From Phycisphaeraceae bacterium (GTDB lineage: Bacteria; Planctomycetota; Phycisphaerae; Phycisphaerales; Phycisphaeraceae), in contig OY771506.1 of the NCBI GenBank assembly GCA_963674705.1, forward strand, positions 4,384,001 to 4,448,000: a stretch of DNA of 64,000 nt, read 5' to 3'. The position numbers and the translations under genes were made by a program. This document shows positions 39,147 to 48,748 of this stretch, piece by piece. The first letter of the stretch is position 1, and each line of letters opens with the position of its first letter. The notes under the pieces are model-generated. The model saw only the letters and a list, made by a program, of their open reading frames with translations, was not told the DNA's origin and made no database searches.

Positions 39147-39174
39147 TTGACATACGAAAATATTATGCTAGTCT
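39147..39174 (+). promoter_or_regulatory. Sigma70-type promoter for the sialidase operon
   Basis: TTGACA-N16-TAGTCT with extended TG, 50 nt upstream of ATG 39224, in an AT-rich divergent intergenic region. Confidence 0.55.
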
Positions 39175-39223
39175 AGGATCAGGCGTGTAGTCTGCGCCCC
39201 ATTTACATGTACTTGGAGCTGAA

Positions 39224-40945
39224 ATGTCTGAGCTGTTTTTGCGTCCGTCGACCTTTCTGATCCTTCTGATTACCTGTATCTCAGCTACAGCGTCAGCTGA
39301 GACTTTAGTGGAGCGTGGCGAACCTATCGCAGTCAAGCAACTGCCGGGGCCGTGGCAGCAGGTCGACGGGGCGCTGATTGGCCAGGAGATGGGGCAATTC
39401 CTGTTCGGCAACTTCAAGATGCTTGAGGGGGACGTATCGATCAAACTGCGTATGTCGATCGAAAGCTTTAACGGAACGGCTACGGCCTTCATTCTCGATG
39501 CCAATAATTACGTGGGATTTGACTCCAGAAGCGGTAGCATTTTTCTTGAGGGCCCCCGCTTCACTGACTCTGGGTCACGTAAAATCGCAGATCGTGACAA
39601 AACCATCCAAGAGGGTGTCCCCTTCAACTTTGAACTCAAACGACAGAACGGTGAGTTGCATTTTTATATCAATGGGAAGCTACTCAGGTCACAACCCGAT
39701 CCAGCGAAAGCATTCGGAACTGTTGGCGTGCGCACTCATCGTGCCAAGATTGCGGTTTTTGATTTTTCCGCCGAAGGAAAGTCTCAGCCATTACCCGAGG
39801 ATCATGATTATATGAACCCGAGTGTTTCGTTCGAAAAGCCGGACCTGACTTCACTCAAACCTCAACCGGGTGTAGAGACATCCGTGGTGTGGGAAAGCGA
39901 TGTCGACGGTTATGACACCTATCGCATCCCCTCGGTAATCATGACTACCACGGGGACGCTGCTGGCATTTTGTGAAGGACGTGTAAATAGCCGATCAGAC
40001 ACGGGCAATATCGATCTGATTGTTAAGCGGTCAGACGACGGGGGTGCAACCTGGAGCAAGCAAAGCATTGTATGGGACGATTCGGTACACACCTGTGGCA
40101 ATCCCTGCCCGGTCGTTGATCGGAGCACGGGAGATATTGTGTTGTTGATGACACACAATCCGGGAAATGAACACGAGATAGATATTCAGGCTGGTACCGT
40201 AGCGCAAGGCAGAACGGTCTGGATCACCCGAAGCAGTGACGACGGCATTACTTGGTCTGCACCCAAGAACATCACAAGCCAGACCAAGAACCCGGATTGG
40301 GGCTGGTATGCGACCGGCCCGGGCATTGGCATACAACTCACGCATGCTCCACATACTGGTCGACTGGTTATTCCTGCAAACCACTCCATCAAGGTGGAGT
40401 CCAATGGGAAAACGGTCAGCGATAATGGCGCTCATACGATTTATAGCGATGATGGTGGCAAGACATGGAAGATGAGTGATCCAGTCAGGCCGAGTTGTAA
40501 TGAGAGCCAAGTGGTCGAGTTATCAGATGGCAGACTGATGCTGAACTCCCGTTCGTATGAGGACCCGAAACTACGGCGTATCTCTTTCAGTAGCGACGGA
40601 GGTGAAACCTGGTCCGAACCGAAGATCGAGCCTCAATTGATCGAGCCACGCTGCCAAGGCAGCACGATCCGGTTTGATACGGGGGATATATCCGCTAAGC
40701 CATTAATACTGTTTTCCAACCCGGGCACACAAGCTGGCAGATACAACCTCACCGTACGTGCAAGTATGGATGATGGTCGGACATGGCCACTCGCTAAAAC
40801 GCTGGAGCCGGGCTATGCGGCCTACTCCTGCTTGATTCAGTTGGATGACGACACCGTGGGCTGTTTGTACGAAGGAAGCAAACCCGGTCGTCCTTATCAA
40901 TGGATCGCATTTGCCCGGTTCGATTTGGATTGGCTGAAGGAATAA
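39224..40945 (+). CDS. Secreted GH33 sialidase with N-terminal beta-sandwich (lectin-like) domain
   Basis: Signal peptide, YRIP, FCEGR, five Asp-boxes, NESQ, NSR, AAYS and LYE. Confidence 0.92.
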   Translation: MSELFLRPSTFLILLITCISATASAETLVERGEPIAVKQLPGPWQQVDGALIGQEMGQFLFGNFKMLEGDVSIKLRMSIESFNGTATAFILDANNYVGFDSRSGSIFLEGPRFTDSGSRKIADRDKTIQEGVPFNFELKRQNGELHFYINGKLLRSQPDPAKAFGTVGVRTHRAKIAVFDFSAEGKSQPLPEDHDYMNPSVSFEKPDLTSLKPQPGVETSVVWESDVDGYDTYRIPSVIMTTTGTLLAFCEGRVNSRSDTGNIDLIVKRSDDGGATWSKQSIVWDDSVHTCGNPCPVVDRSTGDIVLLMTHNPGNEHEIDIQAGTVAQGRTVWITRSSDDGITWSAPKNITSQTKNPDWGWYATGPGIGIQLTHAPHTGRLVIPANHSIKVESNGKTVSDNGAHTIYSDDGGKTWKMSDPVRPSCNESQVVELSDGRLMLNSRSYEDPKLRRISFSSDGGETWSEPKIEPQLIEPRCQGSTIRFDTGDISAKPLILFSNPGTQAGRYNLTVRASMDDGRTWPLAKTLEPGYAAYSCLIQLDDDTVGCLYEGSKPGRPYQWIAFARFDLDWLKE

Positions 40946-41059
40946 TCTTCGGACTCACCCGGCACGGATCCGGTGAGATCCGCCAGGTAATGCAGCCCAA
41001 TCGGGTGATGAGTATCGGCTGTCATGCGTGCGTGTGACACGTGGAGGAGTACAAGGAAG

Positions 41060-43183
41060 ATGTCCAGCGGAATGATCAAGCGTTCGGCCGGTGTTGCAGC
41101 CATTTGCACATCCGCTGTTGCGCTGTCAGCCGTGCAGGTGACGGCGGGTGTCTTCGAGTCCTCGACCGTATTCACCTCGGGTGAAAGCGGCTATACCTGT
41201 ATCCGCATTCCCACCATCATCAAAGCAAACAACGGGATGTTGCTGGCATTTGCCCAGGGGAAGTACGGCAGTTGTAGTGACTTCGCCGACAGCGATATGA
41301 TCTTGAAGCGCAGTACCGATGGCGGACGAACATGGGGCCCGTTGCAGGTGCTTGATACCAACGGCACCGGTGTGACCGGTGGCGCCTGCCCGGTGGTGGA
41401 TGCAGCGACAGGGACAATAGTGGTACCGTTCATGCGGGACGCTCAGCCCTATCTGATGCGCAGCACGAATAACGGCGCATTCTGGACGGGGCCGTTCCCT
41501 TTAGCGTCGCAAGTGTTCTCAAGCGAATGGTCGGCTATGGGGTTTGGTCCGGTACACGGTATTCAACTCCAGAACGGACCAAACGCGGGGCGTTTAGTCA
41601 TCCCCTGCAAGAGCATCCTGGCCGATCAGAACCTGGAACCGGACGGACGCGAATCGCACGTTGTATACAGCGACGACGGCGGCGTCACCTGGGCCATCGG
41701 CGGAAGTATGAAGAATCCCAATGCCGGATTCGGCCCCAATGAATCAACCGTGGTTGAGTTGAATGACGGTAGCCTGTACTTGAGCGCTCGTAACCAAGGC
41801 GGTGGCTCTCGTCATCGACTGGTCGGCTTCAGCCCCGACGGTATTCAGGACTTCGACGGCGACCCGAACGACGGCATCAATTCCAGCGTTGTAGATACCG
41901 GCCTTGTCGATGCACAGGTCCAAGGTTCGCTACTGAGAGCTTCGGCTGATCGCATTATCCACAGCCACGTCGTCAACGACACCACCGACCGCTATCACCT
42001 CACGATCTCCAGCTCCTTCGATGAGGCGCAATCCTGGTCCGACCACAAGTTGATTCATCGCACACGTACCGCGTACTCCGATCTTGTAGTGGCACAGGGC
42101 GGTGAGATCGGTGTGATGTATGAAACCGGCACCTATACCGAGATCCGCTTCGGCTGGTTTGATGAATCATGGTTAGACGACACCGCTATTGTTCACTACG
42201 ACTTCAGCACAGCCAACTTCGCCTCCGACGGTGGTGTCAACAAGTTCCGCAGCACAAGCGGCTTTGACTATGACGCCCAGGCTCTGTCCTTTGTCACGCA
42301 TGTCGCGGGCAGTCAGGACTACGAGGGTGACGGCGCTATCCGTTTCTCCCTCGCCGCCAGCGGCGACACCCTGCGCATGTTTGATGCCACCGCCGACAGC
42401 AACCTTGAGTTTGAGCATGAGGACAGCTTCACAATAGAGGCTGTTTTCAACACATCGAACCACGACACCAATGTCGGTGTGATTCTGGACAAGAGTGAAA
42501 CAGGAAACAGCAACGGTGAATTCTCACTCGAGGTCGAGAACAGCAAAGTTAAATTCCACCTGCGTGACTTAAACGGCCTCGAAGCCAACCTGCTGAGCAG
42601 CATCGACGTCAACGATGGCCTCTGGCACCACGTCGCCGCTGTACGCGATGCGAACGAGAAGCGGCTGTATCTCTATGTCGACCACCAGTTCGCTGGCACC
42701 GTCGTCGACCAGACGACTGCCGACTTCGGTGACATCGCCTTCGGCCAAGCCGAGGTCCCGATCATCGGCTCTGACGCCCAAGGCCTCTTTCAGTTCGGTG
42801 GAGATCTACAGCATTTGAAGATTTCAATGGCCGCGCTGGCGCCGGATCAGTTCCTGCAAAAACTCAACACTGGGTTGGTGGGCGACCTGAACGGTGATGG
42901 ATATGTCGGGCTGGATGACTTGGACATCGTCCTGAGTCACTGGAATTTGACGGTCCCACCAGGAGATGCCGCGGCTGATCCGACCGGCGACGGATTCGTT
43001 GGCCTTGATGATCTTGATATCGTGCTGAATAACTGGAATACTGGAACACCACCCACATTCGTAGCGATCCCGGAACCCGGGACCACAACTTGCCTGTTTT
43101 TAACTACAGTGCTTATTTCTTATTGGCGCAGCCAGGTTCGGCTGCCACACCACAATGTCCGTACGGATGGAAGAGAAGTTTGA
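41060..43183 (+). CDS. GH33 sialidase - LamG - dockerin-like - PEP-CTERM (tandem paralogue 1)
   Basis: IRIP, Asp-boxes, TAYSD, DGLWHHVAAVRD, GDLNGDGYVGLDDLDI repeat pair and IPEP+TM. ATG 41060 chosen by RBS. Confidence 0.87.
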   Translation: MSSGMIKRSAGVAAICTSAVALSAVQVTAGVFESSTVFTSGESGYTCIRIPTIIKANNGMLLAFAQGKYGSCSDFADSDMILKRSTDGGRTWGPLQVLDTNGTGVTGGACPVVDAATGTIVVPFMRDAQPYLMRSTNNGAFWTGPFPLASQVFSSEWSAMGFGPVHGIQLQNGPNAGRLVIPCKSILADQNLEPDGRESHVVYSDDGGVTWAIGGSMKNPNAGFGPNESTVVELNDGSLYLSARNQGGGSRHRLVGFSPDGIQDFDGDPNDGINSSVVDTGLVDAQVQGSLLRASADRIIHSHVVNDTTDRYHLTISSSFDEAQSWSDHKLIHRTRTAYSDLVVAQGGEIGVMYETGTYTEIRFGWFDESWLDDTAIVHYDFSTANFASDGGVNKFRSTSGFDYDAQALSFVTHVAGSQDYEGDGAIRFSLAASGDTLRMFDATADSNLEFEHEDSFTIEAVFNTSNHDTNVGVILDKSETGNSNGEFSLEVENSKVKFHLRDLNGLEANLLSSIDVNDGLWHHVAAVRDANEKRLYLYVDHQFAGTVVDQTTADFGDIAFGQAEVPIIGSDAQGLFQFGGDLQHLKISMAALAPDQFLQKLNTGLVGDLNGDGYVGLDDLDIVLSHWNLTVPPGDAAADPTGDGFVGLDDLDIVLNNWNTGTPPTFVAIPEPGTTTCLFLTTVLISYWRSQVRLPHHNVRTDGREV

Positions 43184-43185
43184 AG

Positions 43186-45234
43186 ATGAAGATTCTGACT
43201 TATGCAATTGCCGTGCTGTTGATGACAAGCGTATCCTTAGCCAGCACCATGGTTGAGACCACGGTATATGATCGTGGTGAGGGCGGCTATTACGGCTTCC
43301 GCATCCCAGCGATAGTACAGGCGCAAGATGGTACGATTCTGGCTTTTGCTGAAGCACGCAAAAACAGTCTTAGTGACTTTGGCGACATCGACCTGGTTGT
43401 GAAACGCAGTTACGACGGCGGGCAGACGTGGAGCGCTTTGCAGATTATCAACAGTAACGGAACAGCAGAATCCGGCAACCCCGCTCCGGTTGTCGACCAG
43501 ACAACAGGCGACATCCTTATCCCGTTCACTAAGGATCGCCAAACAGTCTGGTTATCCCGCAGCGTCAACAACGGTGTCACCTGGACCGCCCCTGTGAACA
43601 TCACGTCCATGGCCAAACTTCCCACGTGGGACGGGATCGGCTTGGGCCCGAACCATTCGATCCAACTCGAGCGCGGCCCCAACGCGGGACGTATCGTGAT
43701 CCCCAGCAATCACAACCTGCTCGGGCAGAATCTTGAACCGGACGGTCGTGAGATCAGCCTGATTTATTCAGATGATGGCGGTGCGACGTGGAATGTCGGC
43801 GGAACCCTGATCAACACCACCGCAGGGATCGGGCCCAATGAATCGAACGTCACCGAACTGGTGAACGGTACGCTCTATGTCAACGCTCGCAGCCAGGGCG
43901 GATTCAGTCGACATAGACTGATCGGATACAGCAACGATGCGGGCCTGTCATTTACAGGCCAGGCACAGTTTGACTACGGCCTGGAAGACCCACAAGTTCA
44001 GGGTTCGGTTGTGCGCTATTCGGCAGTTGATATGGGCGACAGCCAGAATCGGCTGCTGTTTTCCAATCCAAAAACGCAGGACTCCCGCGTCCGACTTCAT
44101 GTTCGTAGCTCGTTTGATGAATCATTGACCTGGAATGAGGGCAAGATGATTAATCGCGGTCCCAGTGCCTACTCGGACCTGGTCACACTCAATGATGGCA
44201 AGATCGGTGTGCTCTATGAATGGGGCAATACGACAGGCTATGAAGAAATTCGATTCGCCACCTTTACCGAGCAGTGGTTGGACGACCCGACCGTGCTGCA
44301 ACTGAACTTCGACGAACAGGCTAGCGGGACCGCCCCATCCACCAGCAACTATCTGAAAGACAGCCGTGGATACGGCCTGAATGGCACGGCCTCAAACGGC
44401 CCTACCTTTGTCCCGGGCGACCCGCGTTACGCAAACGGTGCGGCACTTCGTTTCACTGCTGGGATTGACGAGGTGCGCATCGATGACAGCAACAATTCGA
44501 TGTTAGACTTCGAGGCGGAGGACAGCTTCACGCTTGAGGTCGTGTTCCGCACCACCGACCACAGCGGGACGACCGCCAACGAAAGCGGACCGTTGATCAG
44601 CAAAGATATCGGTTCAGGGTTGCCCTCTTACTTCCTGCGTGTACAGGATTCGAAAGCCCGGTTCCTTGTTTCGGACAATTCAACTTTGACGTCACTGTAC
44701 AGTAACGTGGACGTGAATGATGGTGAATGGCACCACCTTGCGGCGATCCGCAATAAGGAAGCCGGCAGGTTGTTTCTCTATATTGACTACCTGTTTGCCG
44801 GCTCAGTGATTGACACAACAACCGGCGACTTCGCCAACTCCAGCGATCTGCTGATCGGTTCGTTTAACGACAGCTCCGGCACAACGGACAAACAGTTCAA
44901 CGGCGACATCGACTTTGTTCGCATCTCGGCGGGCGCGTTATCTGTGTCGGAATTCATCTTACCTTACGATCTGGTGGGTGATCTGGATGGCGACGGCTTT
45001 GTCGGGCTGGATGACCTGGATATCGTGCTGGGCAGCTGGAACCAGAATGTCCCGGCCAATTCCATCGCCGACCCATCGGGTGACGGCTTTGTGGGGCTCG
45101 ATGACCTAGACGTTGTTCTCGGTAATTGGAATGCGGGTACCCCTCCCAGCGAGAATATCGTACCCGAGCCAATGACACCCTGCGGCATAATCGGTCTACT
45201 GAGCTTGTTTATATGCAGCCGCCGTCACTCTTGA
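43186..45234 (+). CDS. GH33 sialidase - LamG - dockerin-like - PEP-CTERM (tandem paralogue 2)
   Basis: Start ATG 43186 (MKILTYAIAVLL signal peptide), FRIP, Asp-boxes, SAYSD, LamG, dockerin-like pair and VPEP. Confidence 0.9.
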   Translation: MKILTYAIAVLLMTSVSLASTMVETTVYDRGEGGYYGFRIPAIVQAQDGTILAFAEARKNSLSDFGDIDLVVKRSYDGGQTWSALQIINSNGTAESGNPAPVVDQTTGDILIPFTKDRQTVWLSRSVNNGVTWTAPVNITSMAKLPTWDGIGLGPNHSIQLERGPNAGRIVIPSNHNLLGQNLEPDGREISLIYSDDGGATWNVGGTLINTTAGIGPNESNVTELVNGTLYVNARSQGGFSRHRLIGYSNDAGLSFTGQAQFDYGLEDPQVQGSVVRYSAVDMGDSQNRLLFSNPKTQDSRVRLHVRSSFDESLTWNEGKMINRGPSAYSDLVTLNDGKIGVLYEWGNTTGYEEIRFATFTEQWLDDPTVLQLNFDEQASGTAPSTSNYLKDSRGYGLNGTASNGPTFVPGDPRYANGAALRFTAGIDEVRIDDSNNSMLDFEAEDSFTLEVVFRTTDHSGTTANESGPLISKDIGSGLPSYFLRVQDSKARFLVSDNSTLTSLYSNVDVNDGEWHHLAAIRNKEAGRLFLYIDYLFAGSVIDTTTGDFANSSDLLIGSFNDSSGTTDKQFNGDIDFVRISAGALSVSEFILPYDLVGDLDGDGFVGLDDLDIVLGSWNQNVPANSIADPSGDGFVGLDDLDVVLGNWNAGTPPSENIVPEPMTPCGIIGLLSLFICSRRHS

Positions 45235-45253
45235 TCACAAAGGATCTTTTCTT

Positions 45254-47320
45254 ATGAAGCTTTCGCTCTCAGCACTGCTTGTAAGTTGCCTGGCAGTCAT
45301 CCTTCCCGCGCAGGCAGACACCATGATCGAAAACACGGTCTTTGACATGGGGGAAGGTGGTTACTACGGCTTCCGCATCCCGGCAGTTGTGCAGGCGACT
45401 GATGGCACGATCCTGGCATTTGCTGAAGGTCGTAAGGATAGTCTTGGAGACAGCGGTAATATTGACTTAGTTGTCAAACGTAGCACTGATGGCGGCCTTA
45501 CATGGAGCGCTCTACAGGTAATCAGTGATAATGGTTCACAAGAATCAGGTAATCCTGCTCCGGTAGTCGACCTGGATACGGGGAATATCATTATTCCTTT
45601 CGTCAATGACCGGCAATACCCGCAAGTCAGTATCAGCACGGATAATGGACTGACATGGTCAACGCCTGTTGATATTTCAACAATGGCAAGACCATCTACC
45701 TGGAACGGGTACTACTTTGGCCCCAATCACGCAATCCAACTGCAACGCGGCGAGCATGCTGGCCGCATAGTGCTACCCAATAATCATGGGTTGGCAGGTC
45801 AACCACTGGAACCCGACGGTCGCGAAGTCAGCCTGATTTATTCGGACGATGGCGGTGTCACATGGAACGTTGGGGGCACGCTGGTCAATCCTACCGCAGG
45901 CATCGGTCCCAACGAATCATGTGTGACTGAACTTGTTGACGGCACACTGTATGTGAACGCGCGTAATCAGGGAACCTACAGCAGGCACCGTCTTATTGGC
46001 TACAGCGAGGACGCCGGCCTTAGTTTCACCGGCTTGGCAGAGTTCGAATACGACCTGGTAGACCCGCAGGTGCAGGGTTCTGTCGTTCGCTATTCAGCGG
46101 TGGATATGGGCGATGCATACAACAGATTGTTGTTCTCTAATCCAAAGACTACAGACTCTCGTACCAGACTGTTTGTGCGTAGTTCATTCGATGAGTCAGA
46201 GTCCTGGGATCAAGGAAAGATGATCCATCGTGGCGCATCTGCGTATTCCGATCTTGTTACGCTCAACGATAAACGGATCGGTGTTCTCTATGAATGGGGC
46301 GACACAACCCGTTATGAAGAGATACGTTTTGCGACGTTTACTGAATCATGGCTGGATGATCCAACTGTTCTACAATTGAATTTTGATGAACAGACCAGCG
46401 GCACAGCCCCATCAACCAGTGATTACCTGAAAGACAGCCGCGGCTATGGTCTGGATGGCACGGCATCGAACAGCCCGACTTTCGTCGAAGGTGATCCACG
46501 GTATCAAAATGGCGCCGCTCTCAGGTTTACCGCTGATACTGACGAGGTACGGATTGACGATGTGGGTGTCTCCATGACCGACTTTGAAGCGGAGGACAGC
46601 TTCACGCTCGAAGCTGTTTTCCGAACGACTGCACATAGCAGCACCAGCGCAACCGCGAGCGGCCCGTTGATCAGCAAAGACGTGGGCACATCACAACCGT
46701 CATACTGGCTTCGTATACAGGATTCCCGTATTCGGTTCCTTGTTTCCGATGGCAATTATGAACCTAATCTATATAGCGACGTCATCGTCAATGATGGTGA
46801 GTGGCATCACGTTGCCGCGGTACGTGATGCGGAAGCCGGCACGCTGAGTTTATATGTCGATTATGTGCTCGCTGGAACCATCGCAGATACAACGACAGGT
46901 GACTTCGGGAATGCGAATGACCTGTTAATCGGCACATTCAATGACAGTTCCGGAACGACCAGCAAACAATTCATCGGCGATATTGACTTTGTACGTATTT
47001 CGCAAGCAGCATTGAGTGTCGATACGTTTGTTCAGCCGTATGTGCTTGCGGGCGATCTGGATGGCGATGGGTACGTTGGGCTCAGTGACCTGGATATCGT
47101 ATTGCTTAGCTGGAATACAACCGTGACACCAGGCAGCATTCCTGCGGATGCAAATGATGATGGGTACGTGGGACTTGATGATCTGGATATTGTGCTGAAC
47201 AACTGGAATGAAAGCACGCCCCCTGAAGTTTCAATCCCCGAACCAGGATCTGCAATCATGCTGCTTGTATGTATTTTGACTAATCGGCTACTAATCCAAC
47301 GGCGAACTTTTCACTCATAA
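45254..47320 (+). CDS. GH33 sialidase - LamG - dockerin-like - PEP-CTERM (tandem paralogue 3)
   Basis: Signal peptide, FRIP, Asp-boxes, SAYSD, LamG, dockerin-like pair and IPEP. Colinear with and very similar to paralogue 2. Confidence 0.9.
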   Translation: MKLSLSALLVSCLAVILPAQADTMIENTVFDMGEGGYYGFRIPAVVQATDGTILAFAEGRKDSLGDSGNIDLVVKRSTDGGLTWSALQVISDNGSQESGNPAPVVDLDTGNIIIPFVNDRQYPQVSISTDNGLTWSTPVDISTMARPSTWNGYYFGPNHAIQLQRGEHAGRIVLPNNHGLAGQPLEPDGREVSLIYSDDGGVTWNVGGTLVNPTAGIGPNESCVTELVDGTLYVNARNQGTYSRHRLIGYSEDAGLSFTGLAEFEYDLVDPQVQGSVVRYSAVDMGDAYNRLLFSNPKTTDSRTRLFVRSSFDESESWDQGKMIHRGASAYSDLVTLNDKRIGVLYEWGDTTRYEEIRFATFTESWLDDPTVLQLNFDEQTSGTAPSTSDYLKDSRGYGLDGTASNSPTFVEGDPRYQNGAALRFTADTDEVRIDDVGVSMTDFEAEDSFTLEAVFRTTAHSSTSATASGPLISKDVGTSQPSYWLRIQDSRIRFLVSDGNYEPNLYSDVIVNDGEWHHVAAVRDAEAGTLSLYVDYVLAGTIADTTTGDFGNANDLLIGTFNDSSGTTSKQFIGDIDFVRISQAALSVDTFVQPYVLAGDLDGDGYVGLSDLDIVLLSWNTTVTPGSIPADANDDGYVGLDDLDIVLNNWNESTPPEVSIPEPGSAIMLLVCILTNRLLIQRRTFHS

Positions 47321-48693
47321 TGACAACTCGACAGAATGACAATGATGACAGTGAATACTCCTCTACGTATCTAACGCGCAGACGGTTCCTGACAGCAGCC
47401 CTCGGCATTTCGGGATCGATGATCGCGGCTCCACCATTCCGGGGATGGAGTCAGGCGGCCACTGCCCCCAGTAGTCGAGTAATCGACGATAGTCAGTGGG
47501 GATTCGGTGACCAGGAAAAGGCACGCCTGGCCGGACTGCTTCAACACAAATTGCTTGATATGGCAGTAGTAGCTACTTTGCCTGAGAATGCAAAGGTTCG
47601 TCACTTGGGTTGGCCTGTGGCTACACGACTGCTTAATGGTCGGACAATTGTTTTGTTCCGTCGTGCAAGTGGGCATACTGACTCAGACGATGCCAGGCTT
47701 GCCGGGCATTACATCTTGTATTCCGATAATCTGATTGAATGGAAACCGCAGCAGCCGTTACGACTTGGCCCTGTGCCTGGCATGCATTGTATTGGCTCTG
47801 TGGTGGATGCGGACGGCAATGAGCGTGTCATTGCCATGACCAGTGGGAATCCTCAAACGCTGTATACAAGTGATGATCATGGTGTAACCTGGAAAGCCGA
47901 TGCACAAGCACTTCAGGGGATACTCAGGACCGCTGCTCATATCGGCCCGAACCTGATACAGCATCCTGACTTTGGTCTTGTGGCCGCTTTCGGTCAGGAA
48001 ACAAAAGGCGGACGCCGGAATTATCTTGTCAGTTCAACAGATGCGGGTAGGCATTGGCAAGAATGTATCTGGCTGAGAGATGTACCGGGCCGCGGCTTTG
48101 AACCGTCTGTAGTTACATGGGGTCCCGGCCATATGATCATGATTAGCCGGGAGACTTTAGCTGACTTTGCTATTGGGCCGAACGGACTTTGGGGTCATAG
48201 TCAACATGTATATCAGCATCATCATGCCAGTCCGCTATCTCTTGTGAATTTTAAAACATCACGGACTAACATTGTTGGTAATCCAGCTGCCGGTAATGGG
48301 TGTAACGATACCGCAGAAGTAATTTTTAATCCTGTCTCTCAACGTATTGAGGTACTCCAGAGTCACCGCTGGGGAGGTGGATTGGGCCGAACGGGTCGTA
48401 CTATTCCCAAAGATGAATCACTAGAAGTCAGTTCTCTTAATTTATGGAGTATCAATCCGGACGACTTGCTAGCTGGAAGCAGTACATGGCGTTTTGATGG
48501 AACTATCATTGAGCGAACCGGATTTAGCCGAAAAGGTAATCGTGATGGTCTGCATCCTGGAGGTTCTATCGTAGACATTGATGCTGGCATGCAACACATT
48601 TTCGTCTATGCCGGTTGGCGTAGATCCCCAGCGAGTATTTTTAGAATCAGTAGAACGTTAGATACAGACGCGTTGAGACGCGCTTTACTGTGA
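47320..48693 (+). CDS. Tat-exported Asp-box beta-propeller protein of unknown function
   Basis: TRRRFL twin-arginine signal; SDDHGVTW and STDAGRHW Asp-boxes; homologous to the C-terminal domain of 24012-27476. Confidence 0.78.
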   Translation: MTTRQNDNDDSEYSSTYLTRRRFLTAALGISGSMIAAPPFRGWSQAATAPSSRVIDDSQWGFGDQEKARLAGLLQHKLLDMAVVATLPENAKVRHLGWPVATRLLNGRTIVLFRRASGHTDSDDARLAGHYILYSDNLIEWKPQQPLRLGPVPGMHCIGSVVDADGNERVIAMTSGNPQTLYTSDDHGVTWKADAQALQGILRTAAHIGPNLIQHPDFGLVAAFGQETKGGRRNYLVSSTDAGRHWQECIWLRDVPGRGFEPSVVTWGPGHMIMISRETLADFAIGPNGLWGHSQHVYQHHHASPLSLVNFKTSRTNIVGNPAAGNGCNDTAEVIFNPVSQRIEVLQSHRWGGGLGRTGRTIPKDESLEVSSLNLWSINPDDLLAGSSTWRFDGTIIERTGFSRKGNRDGLHPGGSIVDIDAGMQHIFVYAGWRRSPASIFRISRTLDTDALRRALL

Positions 48694-48748
48694 TATGTGA
48701 TATAAATACTAACCATACGCCAATATCGTCACAATTCTATGAACTGTT

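Noticed and set aside
43090..43185. Extended start of sialidase paralogue 2
   Set aside because: Overlaps the upstream gene tail; the signal peptide begins at ATG 43186.
43186..47320. Near-duplicate sequences as diversity-generating retroelement TR/VR
   Set aside because: No reverse transcriptase in the window; similarity spans whole genes with synonymous-type divergence, consistent with tandem duplication.
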